A stretch of 63,950 bases of DNA, filler included. It is 14 parts of 14 records of this genome, joined end to end, with 100 filler letters (N's around TTAATTAATTAA, not from the genome) between each part and the next. Parts side by side here need not be neighbours in the genome. Positions count along the whole stretch, not along the records: positions 49,135 to 52,463 come from SRR7504441_80122; positions 52,564 to 57,435 come from SRR7504441_80145; positions 57,536 to 60,839 come from SRR7504441_80146; positions 60,940 to 63,950 come from SRR7504441_81385; 10 more parts are not named here. One strand, 5' to 3'. A program made the translations under genes and the position numbers. Under the pieces are notes generated by a model that was not told the DNA's origin, searched no databases, and was given only the letters and a program-made list of their open reading frames with translations. Below are positions 49,210-61,015 of this stretch, in pieces (position 1 is the stretch's first letter; the number at the start of each line of letters is the position of its first letter).

Positions 49210-50160
49210 ATGGGCTGCGGGGCCAGCGCAGCACCGGGGCCTGATGACCCGGCGACCGCCCAGCCGGCGGCTCAGCCGGTGGAGAGTCCAAGCAGCGCCA
49301 AGCCAGCGGACTCCAAGCCGCGCTGGGTCCCGCAGTGTCTTAGGCTCGACACAGCGGAGGCAGCTGGGGTGTCCCTAACCGAGCAAAAGCGCACCCGCCG
49401 GCACAAAACATCGCTGGCCATCCAGCGAGCCCCGGTGCCTGAGCAGCTCTTCGGGACTGGACCTGAGCCCAGCGTGGAGCTCACGGCGACCTGGCGGAGG
49501 CTGAAGGCCGCGGCTGGGCCCGGCGGCAGCCTGTCGCTGGAGAGCTTCACGAAGAGTCTGCAGGAGCAGGGCATGGCATCCTGGGGCTCCGAGTTCGCAG
49601 AAGCGCTCTTTCGAAAGTTTGACGCCGATTCGAACGGGGAAGTGTCGCTCCTGGAGCTGGCCGGGGGGTTGAATATATACCTCAAGGGGACATTCAGGGA
49701 GAAGGTGGCGGCCACGTGGGAGACGTTTGATACCAACGGCAACGGCAGCCTGGAGGCGAGTGAGCTGAGAGCCATGATCCGCTGCCAGGTGGTCGCAGCG
49801 CTGCGTGGGGTGCAGATTGCTGCCGAGTTTGGCGACAAAAAAGTGACACATTCGATTGAGGGCGGGACTATGGTGGAGCTCGAGCGAGGGGAGGCTGGTG
49901 GGACGGTCCAAGTCCAGGTGGGAGGCGTCGGCCAGACTGCAACCATCGAGCTGGAAGGCGAGCTTTCACGGATCTGCGACGTGTCAGAGGAAGATCTGCT
50001 GGAGCTCCTGCAGCTAGACCTGATTCTAGACGAGTTGGTCCAGGACGTATTCCGCATTGCCGATCGAGATAAGGACGATAGCATTAGCTGCGAGGAGTTC
50101 ACAACATTTTGTCAGAAGCGGAAGGGTTTAACGGATTGGTGGGGATATTTCGAAGTATAA
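49210..50160 (+). CDS. N-acylated EF-hand calcium sensor (NCS/calcineurin-B-like)
   Basis: MGCGAS acylation motif; EF loops DADSNGEVSLLE, DTNGNGSLEASE and DRDKDDSISCEE. Confidence 0.85.
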   Translation: MGCGASAAPGPDDPATAQPAAQPVESPSSAKPADSKPRWVPQCLRLDTAEAAGVSLTEQKRTRRHKTSLAIQRAPVPEQLFGTGPEPSVELTATWRRLKAAAGPGGSLSLESFTKSLQEQGMASWGSEFAEALFRKFDADSNGEVSLLELAGGLNIYLKGTFREKVAATWETFDTNGNGSLEASELRAMIRCQVVAALRGVQIAAEFGDKKVTHSIEGGTMVELERGEAGGTVQVQVGGVGQTATIELEGELSRICDVSEEDLLELLQLDLILDELVQDVFRIADRDKDDSISCEEFTTFCQKRKGLTDWWGYFEV

Positions 50161-50201
50161 AACTTATCATTACAATATTGTATTACGTGTGCAGCCACTT
50201 A

Positions 50202-51382
50202 TTAAGATAACCCGTATTTGTCCTTCCAAAGGAGCTCCAGCTCCACCTTATGCGAGAAGCCCCATAACGCATCAATCAAGTACGTTTTGGCATCCACTCC
50301 CTTGCTTTGCTCTTCTGCCCAGTCATCACATTCGACATCGGCGATGGCCTCAGCCACTGCGTCACTGCCAGCCTGGATGCGCTCTTTCATCTCTTCCATC
50401 CCTTCCACCACCACTTTATTGAATTGTTCCATCGGATGATAGAGAGATTGATTCTTATACATGCCCCTCACTGTGCCCTCCGGGACTTGGTCTAGGATGC
50501 CCGAGTCTATCCCCCTCTCCCGGAACAGCCTGCCCCCCCGTGCCCTCGGAGCCTGGGCCAAGCCTACCACTCCTTGCACTCCTCTATTGGCATTTGGCTG
50601 ATTGCTTCCTCATTGCTGAGCGGGGGATTATCCTCCAAAGCCTGCTGGACGGTGTCATCAAACGCTCCCTGCACCGCCGCGGCTCGGACTGCCAGCCGGC
50701 AGCTCTGGCTACCTTGGCCAACACGTACTCCTTCAGCCCTTCCTCCTTCTCCTGCTGCAGCCTCTCCTGCTCCTCCAGCTCGGCCGCCTCGCGTGCCTCG
50801 CGCTCGGCCTCCTCGCGCAGCCTGTCTGCCTGCTGCTGTTTCAACCGCTCCTCATCCGCCGCCTGTTGCTTCAGCCGGTCGCGCTCGGCCTGGGCGTTGA
50901 GCAGGGCCTCGATCTGCCGGCCCTCCACCTCCATGCCGTCGCACGACTTGATCACCTCCGCGGCTGCCCAGCACCGTCAGTTGCCCGGCCAGCCCGGCCA
51001 GCCGACCGAGCTGTTCGGTGAAGAATGAGATCCGCGCCGAGAGCGTGGGGTCGTCCTCTGCGTCGTCGGGGACAAGTGTGATCCCTGCGACCGCGAACTT
51101 GCTGAGCAACCCCATGATGTCCGCCTGGGTCCACTGGCGCGGGAGCTTCCGGATCAGCACCGTCTCCTTGTCCTCGAGCTCCGCCTCCTGCTGCTGCTCC
51201 TCCGAGAGCGGCGCAGTCTCCGGCACCCTCAGCGGCTCGTCGTCCTCCTCGACCGGCAGGGCGGCCGGCTGCTCCTGCACGTACGCCGGCTCGTCGTCGT
51301 CCGACTGGCGCGGGAAGTGATCCACCCCTTCCGAGACCAAGCCGTCTTGCGAGTAGCAGCATGCCTGCAGCGCGCCGCCCAT
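50202..51382 (-). CDS. Hypothetical protein with N-acylation motif, RRM-like domain and coiled coil
   Basis: MGGALQACC; TVLIRKLPRQWTQADIMGLLSKF...ARISF...CDGMEVEGRQIEA is RRM-like; spliced to ORF 50202..50579. Confidence 0.6.
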
Positions 51383-51458
51383 CTGGTGCCCGCGGCAGTT
51401 GGCTGCCCCCGCCTTGTTCGTCCACCGGCAAGGCTCGAGTCTAACGACTTCCTGCAAC

Positions 51459-52146
51459 ATGCCCGGGCGACCTGATGCGCCCAAGGTGATCGAGGGGACG
51501 ATGCGTCCGGATGGCACGATGCGCAAGGCGGTCAAGATCCGGCCCGGATACACCCCGCCCGACGAGGTCCAGAAGTTTGCCACACGCGGCTCCAAGGCGC
51601 CCGTGCCCGCCGGCCGGGCTGACCGGGTGCCAGTTCCGCGAGCTGCAGGAGAACAGCACGCTCCCCACGGTGAGCATGGGTGGTGCGGACGCCGAGGGAT
51701 CCCAGCCGCTCACCAAAGCCCAAAAGAAGAACGCTGCCCGGAAAAGGGCCAAGGCAGCCGCCGCAGCCGCTGGGGAAGGCAACGACTCAGCACCAAAGAA
51801 AGGGAGCGGTGACCCAGCGTGCTGCCAGCGCGCTCGGCTCACTGGCGGGGTGCGCCAGTCGAAGCGGCACCCGCCCCGAGCGGCGAGGCGGATGCAGCAC
51901 CGAAGAAGGAGCTCACGCCGGCGGAGAAGGATCTGCGCAAGGCTCGGAAGAAGCTGCGCGATTGCGAGTTGTTGCAGAAAGCCGTAGAGGAGGTGCACCG
52001 CCCGCTGGCTCGGCATGCCAACCTGCGGCTTGCTGCAGGGCACCGTGGACCCTGATAAGGACCAGCTGGCTAAAATTGGTAGGCGAGACGAGCTGGCTAA
52101 AATTGTAGACGAGCTGGAAGCCAAGGTCCAGGCTCTGCAACTATAG
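51459..52146 (+). CDS. PYM1: Partner of Y14 and Mago (PYM1/WIBG)
   Basis: IEGTMRPDGTMRKAVKIRPGYTP, KAQKKNAARK, LRKARKKLRDCELL; 3 short introns. Confidence 0.9.
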
Positions 52147-52231
52147 TCGTATATTATTAAACTAGTCATAACCGAGTTAAGCTTTCGTAATAATTATGAT
52201 ACACCGGTGCTTCTATTGATCACGGTTGCGA

Positions 52232-52463
52232 CTAGAGCCTTCCTTCCCGAATCTCCTCAAGTAAAATTGCCGAAAGCTCCTGATGCGCGACTGTTTGCTG
52301 GGCCACAGGCTTGCCGGTCTCGGTCGGCCCAGCGGGCTTCCCCTGCAGCGCCTCGTTCCATTTCAGTTGGGTCAGACAGAACTTGAGTTCGTCTTCTAGC
52401 TCAAGCACTCGCGCGTGCAGCGCCTCGTTCCCGGCTTGCTCGGCCACCAGCATCTCTTCTAAT
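52232..52463 (-). CDS. C-terminal fragment of a coiled-coil protein
   Basis: Open frame from the contig end to TAG. Confidence 0.4.
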
Positions 52464-52594
52464 NNNNNNNNNNNNNNNNNNNNNNNNNNNNNNNNNNNNN
52501 NNNNNNNTTAATTAATTAANNNNNNNNNNNNNNNNNNNNNNNNNNNNNNNNNNNNNNNNNNNNTCAGCCGGGGCAGCACCGTCTCTGCGGCAGC

Positions 52595-55500
52595 ATGTGG
52601 GCGCGGGGGCGCAACAAGGCTGCCAAGGAGACGTTCAGCCTGGGCGACATGCTCCGCCTGAAGGCACCCCGCCGGTGCCCCGGGGCCTGAACCTGTTGGG
52701 CCAGCGCGACGTCCGGTTCAATAAACTCAAGCTGCAGCTGAACAGAGCCGGTGCGCCCCACCTGGGCTCGACCCAGCCGGGCCAGGGCACGAGCTGGTGT
52801 TCGCCGGCCGGTTCTACGAGATCCAGCCCGAGAAACACATGGTGCCCCGCCGGCCAGGCCTGGGCGAGGCGGCCGGCAGGTGAGCAAGTACCACTCGGTG
52901 CTGGCGGTGAGCGTCGGACGCAAGGACAGGGACCAGGCCTCGCTCTGGAAGGCGGCCCGGGCTGGCGGGCCGGGGCTGAGCCGGCTGGCAGGTCAAGCTG
53001 CGACAGGATGAGCAGACGGCGCGGCGGCCGGGGCCGGGCTGGGGCCAGCGGCCTGTGCAGGTGCAGTCGAACGGTGTGGAGGAAATTCAGATGGACCACG
53101 TCACGTGCCCGGCCGTGCGGGGCTGGGGCCAGCGAGGGGCAGGTCGATTGGGCCGTACGAGTCGTCGATGGTGGCTGGCGACGCGCAGGATCACTGGTTT
53201 CAGATCAGTACGGACCTCGGCCCGCAGGCCAACAAGTGCATGAGCTGGTGACAACGACCACTCCGACCGGCCGAGCCGGGCCAGGTCGCCCCGGACTCTG
53301 ATGGAGTACAACTGCTTCATCTGGTGCCTGTACCAGGTTGCGGCATGCGCCAGCTGCCTGTCAGCAGTAGTGCAGGTGCACCGAAAGGTCAAACACGAGT
53401 TCCCCAAATCGTCCGTCGAAAGCTGGAATTCGTCGATAGCCGAGCTGGAGAAGGCGAGTCGGCCTCCCTGGGCCGGGCAGATGGCCGGGCAGCTGTCGCA
53501 GCTCAACCATTTCCAGTATATATTCGAGTTGCCAGAGTCGGTCCCACTCGTGGGGAACGACCAAGGCACGAGCGAGCGCACGGGCGGACCGACTGGTGGC
53601 AGGCACCGAGGCTAGGCTGTACTCGGTCCAGGAGGAGAAGGAGCTCGAGGCTATCCTAGTGGTAATCGGTCCGTTCAGAGCTTGGCTGAGCAGATTGGCA
53701 GGATTTTGATATCCGAACTAACGACATCAAAGAGCTGGCCGCCCGCAAGGAAGCCAAGCTGGGGATGGAGGAGAATCTTAACATCAAGCGGTTTCTGGAG
53801 GCGCAGCACGTGGCCAAGGCCACCCACCACACGCTCCACCGGGCAAGCTCACATGTGATCGATATCGAAGCCAAGATGAAGGAGCTGGCCAAAAAGTCGC
53901 TCAAGCGGCCGACCAGGGACTTGAGGCGATTCCGGTAGCCCCGGGCCCGGACTGGGCTCAGGCGAGGGCCAGGGAGGAGAACGAGCTTCTGAAGATTGAG
54001 TCGCTCAACCAGCAGCGACTGCTCAAGTGTGTTAGGGACCTGCACGACAGGCTTAAGATCGAACAGGAGGAGGAGCAACTGGCCAAGGTCCGCTGCGCCG
54101 GTCCTGGCTGATTGGGCGCAGGATCCGTTTGTGGGCGGGACGCCGAAGGACTTGCCAAGGCTGGTGCAAGTGATCCAGAAGCTTATCAACGGGCTAGAAC
54201 TGAACAGCTCAGGCAAGCTCAAACAGATGAACATCGTACGCGAGCGGGTAGATGAATTCGGACGGTGGCCCTGGCTTGGAGGAGTGGAGCTTGACGCGCG
54301 CTCAGGTTGGCTCTCAAGCTGAACAATAAGACGGAGGTGTTCATGATGAACGAGTTCAGGACTGTCAAGGTGTGCCCACGGCCTGATCTGGAACTGGAAC
54401 TGCCCGGGCCAGGCGTCCGCAATGGACGCGGAATACGACGCACGGAATGACTTCGAAATGTTCCTTCGGGGCACTGCGCCGCCGTATAGCGTCCATGAGG
54501 ATCTCAAGAACGATACAAATTTCATCAACAGGTGCTGCTGGCTCAATCAGCGGGGTTGACCAGGCTGGGCAGGTTCTGTCAGCTTGAAGAGACTTTAGAC
54601 ATGGGCTTGCCCAAGGATCGACTCAACTTCGAGCTCTCCAACATCTATGCTCACGAGTTCAGCAAGGTCGTCGCAGCTCTGGATTCGGCTGAGCATCATG
54701 ACAGGTGTACATGGCCCACTTCTCCAGGCTTGTGACCGAGGTGATGGGTCTCGCATCGAGCAGCTACCGGAATTGCTCGCTGATGGACTTCGAGAAGACT
54801 GGTGGCAGTGAATTGCTAAGTTGCTTGACTGGTGTACTGCAGGAGAGCCTGGTCAGCGAACATGCTTTGAGGGGTGCGATTTGTATCGGGAAGAGCCACA
54901 CACCGTGTGGACGTGCCGTGACCTCATATCCAAAGACCATATCAAGCCACCCCGTTGGGTAGCTGTGGCGGCTCTAGTTGAAATCTTCCTCGACCGAGCA
55001 TACAATGAGTCCTCGTTCCTGGATAGCTTCTTCAGCCTGGGTGGGGACACTGACAATGATGTGGAAGACAAAGCGCGCCTGATGTCCATGCTGTATGGAC
55101 AGCTACTTGGCCTATTCTACAACTGCATAGATGAGGCCAACAGTCAATCACAGCTCAATTCACTTACCTTGGCGTTGCTAGTGGCCAAGATCCGTGGGCT
55201 GTGCGACCCAACAGACATGCTCCGGTGCAGGCTCGAGGCGGGCGTCCTGAGGCTGGCTTTGCAGGTACCTGCATCTATTCCTGACCCAGCTCGAGATGAA
55301 GTGCCAATACCTGCTCAACCAGTACACGGATCAGATGGTCGCTGATATAGAGGCCGAGAATCCCTACGCCTCCAGCGCAGGTGGTCAGCTAGCACGCGAG
55401 CTCTAAGCGCTCTGACAGGCATTTTGAAGTCGGTCCGGCAGCTCCCCCGCCTTGTCAACCACCTGGTGCCCGAGTCTGCCCGGCACAGACCAGCCTAGAC

Positions 55501-57048
55501 CGGCAGGTGAGGACCTCTGAGATGGTCTCGATGCTGCCGTTCCCACAGATCGAGCAGGAAGTACAGGCGCAAGGGCCTGCTCCGACCGAGGTGGCCCTGC
55601 CTGGATGCAGTCGCTGAGCTAACAGTAGGTTCACACAAACGGTCACCCACCACAGCAGTTCCAGCAGGATCTGGAGCCTCAGTCGTGGCTGGCCCAAGCA
55701 GTGCTCAAACACAAGCGCAATGCGCATGCCCGAGAGCACAGGATCTCACAGACTGATAACTATAGACATTCTGAAAATGGCGCCCCAGCAGAAGAGAGTA
55801 CGCAGCCCACAGAGGGGCTCAGGCTATCGCAATCGCATCAGCCGAGTGAAGCACACAGCCGGTTCAACCTTTATCTGATTGACTCAGTGGTGCACAAGCT
55901 CACAGTCGCGGTGTTCAACTCGATAGAACGGATCGCCCATTCAGACCTGAGATACACCTCGATTGTTACCTTGCAAAACTCGTTCATCTTCGCCACGCTG
56001 TTTTCCAAGCCTGGTCCAATGTCGCCAACACTTTTCACCACTGCACACAACCGCGGCCAGAACAGTGCGTGCCCGTTGTAGCTTTGCTTACATGTGTGGG
56101 CTAGGCAAACCTGGCATCAAGTATGTGCTGCGAGCGCAGAAACAATACTATGAAGCCATGGATGAGTATGTCCGCTGGTTGGTCACTTGTCAGCTGCGAG
56201 AGGCGATGGCTTACTTTGACGAGGCAACCCCAGCCGTGATGGTCTTGTTCTGATTAGCTCTGATGGCAGGTAGATGCTGTGCTCACTTCGAAGCGCCAGA
56301 CACCGCAGGAGGTGAGTGGGCCTCAAAGCCGCTGGCTCAGCGGCGTCTAGGTGCACTTTTGCCATCCATTCAGCGAGTTCAAAGAAGTAGTAGACCACTG
56401 TTTGTCGCGCACGCGGCTCCAAGAGATTTGGGATGACATAGTGGACAAGATAGATACGCAGTTGGATGACTGGATGATCCGGTGGGGTGCACAATTGAGC
56501 GCCTATTAACTGTGTGGACAAGGGCGTGTGTATGCATGCGGCTCGAGGAATACTTTGTGGAGCAGTATTCGAAATATGTCCGGATTACCAAGACCTGCTT
56601 CCCCAAGTATATGCCTCCTCACACTCGAGACTGTCTAGACGTTGAGGTGCCCCGGCCTCTTGCCCTCTTTCTAGAGTTTGCACAGGTGAGCGAGCTCAGG
56701 AATAATCTAATCCCGCGGGCCGTGGCAAAACTATTCATGGGCGCGCGCAAAGATCCGTCCGAACGGGCGAAGATGGATAAGGAGTGGTTGGACTTTATTC
56801 GGTCAATGGATGACCACGCTCAACTTGCGGACAACCCCAGAGAGCACCGGCCTTGGTTCTACACGTTCCCGAGGGATATGTCTGACCCGAATGGACCAAC
56901 ACGCGCGTTTAATTCCAAGTGCATGGTGTTGGTGAAGCAGAAGATCTTGCAAGGGTATGGGGAGTGGCCAGAAGATGATCTTCCGGACGAAACCGCGTTA
57001 GAACCAAATCCTTCGCAACATCATTTTGAGGTTGAGGTTAATATATGA
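52595..57048 (+). CDS. SEC3: Exocyst complex component Sec3/EXOC1-like
   Basis: PH-like N-terminus, LKIESLNQQRLL coiled-coil motif, C-terminal FNSIERIAHSDLRYTSIVTLQN and LLTVW...FVEQYSKYVRITKTCFP; well over 20 short introns. Confidence 0.75.
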
Positions 57049-57594
57049 GAGGAAGCGGCGGACACCTGAAATAGTCTAGTATACGTAGATACAATCGATA
57101 TCATGTATGTTGTTAGTGAAATGCCCAGGTACGAGAGTTTATCTAAAGGCATGTCCAAAGGCTGGCACACTGCCTCCTTCGCCCGATGGCACCGCACCGG
57201 CCGCTCCCAAGAGCCACTCAGCATCGCCTTAGTCACTCCTCAGTCCTGAGTCACCGTTGATTAACCGTTGATCGCGACGAACTAAACAAGTGTCCTCAAG
57301 CCCACGGGTAAAGATCTATTCGGTGTCGGTGTAGTGTCGGTGCACAAAAGTACCCTGGCGCGCAGTACAAGGCTACTACTACGTACGAACATCCCTGGTT
57401 CATTCCATGGTCGGTGAAATCACGCCCTTCCCACGNNNNNNNNNNNNNNNNNNNNNNNNNNNNNNNNNNNNNNNNNNNNTTAATTAATTAANNNNNNNNN
57501 NNNNNNNNNNNNNNNNNNNNNNNNNNNNNNNNNNNCTCCTGCCACACCAACCCAACCGAACGGGGCGATCGGGGAGCACACCAGCCGCCGGGGG

Positions 57595-59106
57595 ATGGCG
57601 GCCGCTTCAGCTGCCGTGAAGCAGGAGATCGCGAGGGAGGCGTTTCGTAAAAAAGCCGAGGGCAGGGTCGACAGGCAACATGAGTTCAATCGCCAGCTGT
57701 TCAAGCGCCACAATACGGAAACGCCGGGCAACCGTGGAATTTATACGATCCACAGCCTGCTCAAGGGCGCCCCACAGGAGCCGCGCTGCAGCGTCGGCGC
57801 TCGGCACGAGGCGTTCCAGGGCGACCTCGGTCCAGTCAAGTTTTTTGTATGTGTAAAAAAAGCCTTACATCCTTATGCCCCGGGCATGACAATAGGCGTT
57901 GTCGGAGACCAAGGGGACAAAACCGGGGCAATTTTCCTCCACGCTGATGAGGCCCTCGTCGCACCGTTCCCGCTCTTCACGCGGCCGAATTCTGCGCCGG
58001 GCCACGCCTGGTGGCAGTATTGCGGCCACTACAGGTTGCAACGCCTTTTTCACGCTGGCGAGTGCGGGCTTCCGGCACTCGACTGCGATGACGAGTGCAC
58101 AGAGCGGCGCGTGTCATTTGGGGAGATTTTCGAGGACAAGGAAGCCTGCGCAGAGCAGTGGGTGGAAGGGTTGATCAAGCACGACAGCTGGTCCAGCTCC
58201 TTTTACAACCTGGTCTCAGACGCACTGCAATGGTCTCGTTTGACTAATGTTACTCCACAAGATGATATCGTTTGTTCCGATGCACGTGTTCTAGCGTACA
58301 AAGAGATACTGGGCTCAAAGTACATCCAAGGTGCAGCAACGTTAACTGCGGAGCAAGCTTGCAAAGCAGTGCCTCTATCACAGAAGAGGATCTGGGTGAG
58401 GAAATTTCTGAAGTCTGGGTGCTTAGATACTGGATACAGTGTAATCGAGTACTTTGCTTACGACGAAAAGTTGTATGAAGCACTGTGTTCCAACCAACGA
58501 GAAGCACCGTGGATGCAACGTGCAGCAATGCATGCGCCTGGGCCAGTACATGTAAACGACAATGGAGTGGAGCAGACAAGGGGAGCGCGCGAACCGGAGC
58601 CACAACCGGAGCTAGCCATTGTGCTAGAGCCACCGATAGCAAGACGAAAGCGGCAGAGGCTCAGTCTAGGAGATCTGGTGTGGGTGGACTGCGGGCCAAA
58701 GTTTGGCACCTGGCCTGCCGACATAACTGGAGAGGTTGATCATGATGGGCGATACATGGTACATTTCTATGACGACACTTACGACGACACCGTGAGGTTG
58801 GAGAAGCTCACTCGCTACAGCGCCACCACTTGTGACAAAGAGGAAATAAGGAACACAGTGCCGGATATCGACCGGATTGAATGGAGCAAACATGTTCGCC
58901 GTGCGGAAAGTCTACACAAGGAGAAGTCGTCAATCGACATAAAGAGAGAGAAGCTAGAGGAGCTTGATGACGACTATCAAGATCAGATTCTTTTCACCGA
59001 CAGGCTGCAAACCTCTGTCGATGAGTTGGCGGAGCTGGCACTGAAGTATGGAGCGCCGCTGACCGAAATCAATCGCATCAAAGCTAAGATGCGCTCAGGC
59101 AATTGA
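57595..59106 (+). CDS. Intronless protein with DUF6697/SRA-like N-terminal domain and PWWP-like domain
   Basis: HPYAPG...PLF...WQYCGHY; GDLVWV.....WPA.I......YMVHFYDD; NLS-like RRKRQR. Confidence 0.6.
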   Translation: MAAASAAVKQEIAREAFRKKAEGRVDRQHEFNRQLFKRHNTETPGNRGIYTIHSLLKGAPQEPRCSVGARHEAFQGDLGPVKFFVCVKKALHPYAPGMTIGVVGDQGDKTGAIFLHADEALVAPFPLFTRPNSAPGHAWWQYCGHYRLQRLFHAGECGLPALDCDDECTERRVSFGEIFEDKEACAEQWVEGLIKHDSWSSSFYNLVSDALQWSRLTNVTPQDDIVCSDARVLAYKEILGSKYIQGAATLTAEQACKAVPLSQKRIWVRKFLKSGCLDTGYSVIEYFAYDEKLYEALCSNQREAPWMQRAAMHAPGPVHVNDNGVEQTRGAREPEPQPELAIVLEPPIARRKRQRLSLGDLVWVDCGPKFGTWPADITGEVDHDGRYMVHFYDDTYDDTVRLEKLTRYSATTCDKEEIRNTVPDIDRIEWSKHVRRAESLHKEKSSIDIKREKLEELDDDYQDQILFTDRLQTSVDELAELALKYGAPLTEINRIKAKMRSGN

Positions 59107-59230
59107 TTAGACTAATTAAATCAGTTTATGATGCATAGACGACACTCTTTCATCTTTCAATCTCCTTCACTACTCGCACATCGCATTCTAATGACATTGG
59201 CGTAATAGTACCTTGAAATTGGGTTATGGC

Positions 59231-60839
59231 CTACAAGTGCGGTTTGCCCACAACAAGACGCAGCTTCTCCGACCACACTTGACACTCTTGTTCAGATGTG
59301 GCCTCAAAGTTAGAAGTGCCCTTCTTGCTCACAATCTGAAACTTTGTCGCATCAACAGCGGCCAGAGATCCGGTCTCTAGCATTTGCTCTGCTAGGAATT
59401 GATATCTCTTGGCCCGTGGCCTCTTCGGGTCCTTTTTGGGCAGTAACAGCAGCAGCCGGGCACCCCGGAGAGTCGAGGTGACCAGCACAACATGCAGCGA
59501 GTGCCCCATGCTCTTGAGCGAGCCTTGCATGGCCACACCATCGCCAATCTTGGCCAGCTGCCACCCAGCCGGCGCCCCCTCGTTGATCGCGACCTGCAGC
59601 TTGCACAGCTTCTGAAACCTGTCGAGCACTGAATCGAGCTCTGGCCCAACTCGTTGGTGCAGCTCGCACGCGTTCGACAAAGCGCCTCTGGTCGGATCCC
59701 CCATCGGCGTGAACTCGAGCATCTGCTCCGCCAGGTCCTTGTATGTGACCATTTTGAGCAGCGGCGAGTGCAGCAGAGAGTTGAATGAGTCGGGGATGCC
59801 CGAGCTCTTGTGCTGGCCGCTGAGAAAGTCTTTGAGCCAAGCCAGCTGGCGCGTCTGCTTGGAGAAGACTTTCATCACCTCCTGCACCAGCGCAAAGTAC
59901 GGCACACAGCCCTCGAGAAGGAAGTCTCCGACTGAAATGAGCAGCACCGCAATGTATTGAGTGCCCTCACCCGTGTCGTAGCGGCTGCTGTCTAGAGACG
60001 AGAGCCTGTCGCTGCAGTCCGAGTGTGTCTGGGCCATAAGCTTCATGGTGTCGCAGAACAGGACGAAATCCTCACTCGAAATGCACACCCCCCAGCTAGT
60101 GCACAGCTCGGAGCTTGGCCACCACTGCTGCAGCTGCGCCCTCAGGGGCTCGAGATAGTGTCCAGACAGCGTGGACAGCTTACCCACGTACTCGGCCTCC
60201 TTCTGCTCAAACGCCTTGACTACTTCCACCTTGTTCCCGAGCACGTGCGTCTCAGTGACGATCTGGGCGGTCTGTTGCGCGAAGTGTTGCAGCTTCCACT
60301 CAGTCCAGAATTGGCTCGCAGGCATGTCCTCACGACAAAGCGACCAGAACGATGAGCCAATCTCCTTGACCTTTGCCAGCAGCTGGTTCCTGGCCGCGCC
60401 GTCGCCCTGCTGTCCGAACAGCTCGCGCAGCTGCGCCGCGTTCGGCTGCTGCTTAAGCCCGACACACGCCTGCAGCTGAGCGTGCCACTGTTCAGCGGGC
60501 AGTAGGTCCGAGTGCTCGTACATCTTCAGCTCAACAGGCCCCAGCTCCGGCTGAGACACGACGCCGTCAAACTCTTCGACCAGGGCCACAAGCGCGTCGA
60601 GGATCTCCACCAGTCCCTGCACGTTTGGGTTCGTCTGCCTGCAGCCAGCCACGACTCAGCTCTGCTGACCCGCAACTCACCCATGCTTCCTCAGGGCCGA
60701 CAGCCGCAGCCCGGTGCTAGTCGGTGGGAAGAGCCCGGCGCCTCGGGTCTCGATCGCAGACTTGCTGCCGGTGTAGAACAGCAGCGACATCAGCATGAGC
60801 GCCCGATGCTCGTCCGACTTGCCACCGCCGTCAGACCCC
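59231..60839 (-). CDS. Dbl-family RhoGEF (DH-PH), 5'-partial
   Basis: EQKEAEYVGKL...YLEPL, SLLHSPLLKMVTYKDL..MLEFTP, PH C-terminus FEATSEQECQVWSEKL. Confidence 0.8.
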
Positions 60840-61015
60840 NNNNNNNNNNNNNNNNNNNNNNNNNNNNNNNNNNNNNNNNNNNNTTAATTAATTAANNNNN
60901 NNNNNNNNNNNNNNNNNNNNNNNNNNNNNNNNNNNNNNNTTGCGCCGCCGGCCGTGGGGGCAAGGCATCTTCTGGAGGCCACTGACTGTCACGAGACTCG
61001 AAAGTCTAACGGCAA

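Noticed and set aside
3905-60939. Regularly recurring TTAATTAATTAA flanked by N runs, resembling a repeat array or CRISPR
   Set aside because: Identical 100-nt synthetic linkers used to concatenate contigs; not biological.
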